Source: Dehalococcoidales bacterium
GTDB taxonomy: Bacteria; Chloroflexota; Dehalococcoidia; Dehalococcoidales; UBA5627
Assembly: GCA_028707255.1 (NCBI GenBank)
Contig: JAQTUQ010000004.1
Coordinates: forward strand, 4,239-68,238
Direction: 5' to 3'
Length of the DNA stretch: 64,000 bases
This document shows, in pieces, positions 63,750 through 64,000 of the stretch; position 1 is the first letter of the stretch; each line of letters begins with the position of its first letter. The position numbers and the translations under genes were made by a program. The notes under the pieces were generated by a model. That model did not search any database and was not told where the DNA came from. It was given only the letters and a program-made list of their open reading frames with translations.

Positions 63750-64000
63750 ATGATTTTTGCTACTTGTTTGAACTGTATTGATGGCAGAGCACAATTGCCT
63801 GTTATTGATTGGATAAAGAAAAACTATGGCGTGGAATATGTCGATATGATAACAGATGCAGGTATGGATGGGAAATTATCAGGAGATTATAATTATATGG
63901 ATTCGCTGTATGATAAAATCGAAATATCTGTATCTATTCATAAATCGGATTGTATATTTATTGTAGGACATCATGATTGCGCGGGTAATCCGGTTGATGA
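63750..64000 (+). CDS. Partial CDS (runs off the right edge): small protein with beta-carbonic-anhydrase-like CxDxR ... HxxC motifs
   Basis: ATG 63750 with RBS AAAGGAG. MIFATCLNCIDGRAQLP...FIVGHHDCAGNPVD. Not in the ORF track because there is no stop inside the window. Confidence 0.5.
   Translation, partial: MIFATCLNCIDGRAQLPVIDWIKKNYGVEYVDMITDAGMDGKLSGDYNYMDSLYDKIEISVSIHKSDCIFIVGHHDCAGNPVD

Noticed and set aside
1-64000. Mobile genetic element, prophage or defence island
   Set aside because: No integrase, transposase, phage structural, restriction-modification, toxin-antitoxin or other defence-type domains are recognisable in any of the long ORFs. The window is syntenic-looking core genome.

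Overview
This is a gene-dense chromosomal segment of about 60 CDS, almost all core metabolism or information processing, annotated by eye from the sequence and ORF track. Left to right: pepA, an ArsA-like ATPase, a Crp/Fnr regulator with a small ferredoxin, rph, proB/proA, mfd, nusB-acpP, yceD-rpmF, argS and recG. Then a FakA/FakB (DAK2 + two DegV) cluster, rpmB, an argJ-argB-argD-X-argG-argH operon, and a trpEGDCF-(DAHP synthase)-trpBA operon behind a Trp T-box leader. Then a NuoE/NuoF/(NuoG-N-term+GltD) module, gdhA, a bacterial NrpR homolog, a GltB-FMN-domain protein coupled to a KaiC-like/PPDK_N fusion, an MMPL exporter, iorAB and a PaaI thioesterase. I found no rRNA, tRNA, CRISPR array, transposase, integrase, prophage or recognisable defence genes. 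The gene content suggests an anaerobic Chloroflexota (Dehalococcoidia-like) genome, but that is inference only.

Observations most worth a second look:
1. A modular family of hairpin-mosaic repeats fills at least a dozen intergenic gaps, including three intercistronic gaps inside the T-box-controlled trp operon.
2. Two paralogous small ORFs of unknown family are wedged between proB and proA.
3. A nitrogen-related neighbourhood combines an archaeal-type NrpR repressor, gdhA, an orphan GltB-domain-2 flavoprotein, a P-loop-less KaiC-like/ATP-grasp fusion and a GltD-containing NuoEF complex.
4. Smaller oddities: a TfoX gene broken at a T9 run, an EncFtn-like half-ferritin with no encapsulin nearby, an ACP with a basic tail, and a PlsY-like protein with degenerate motifs.

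No single obviously novel system stands out. The candidates are ranked honestly, and all need database and structure searches that I cannot run.
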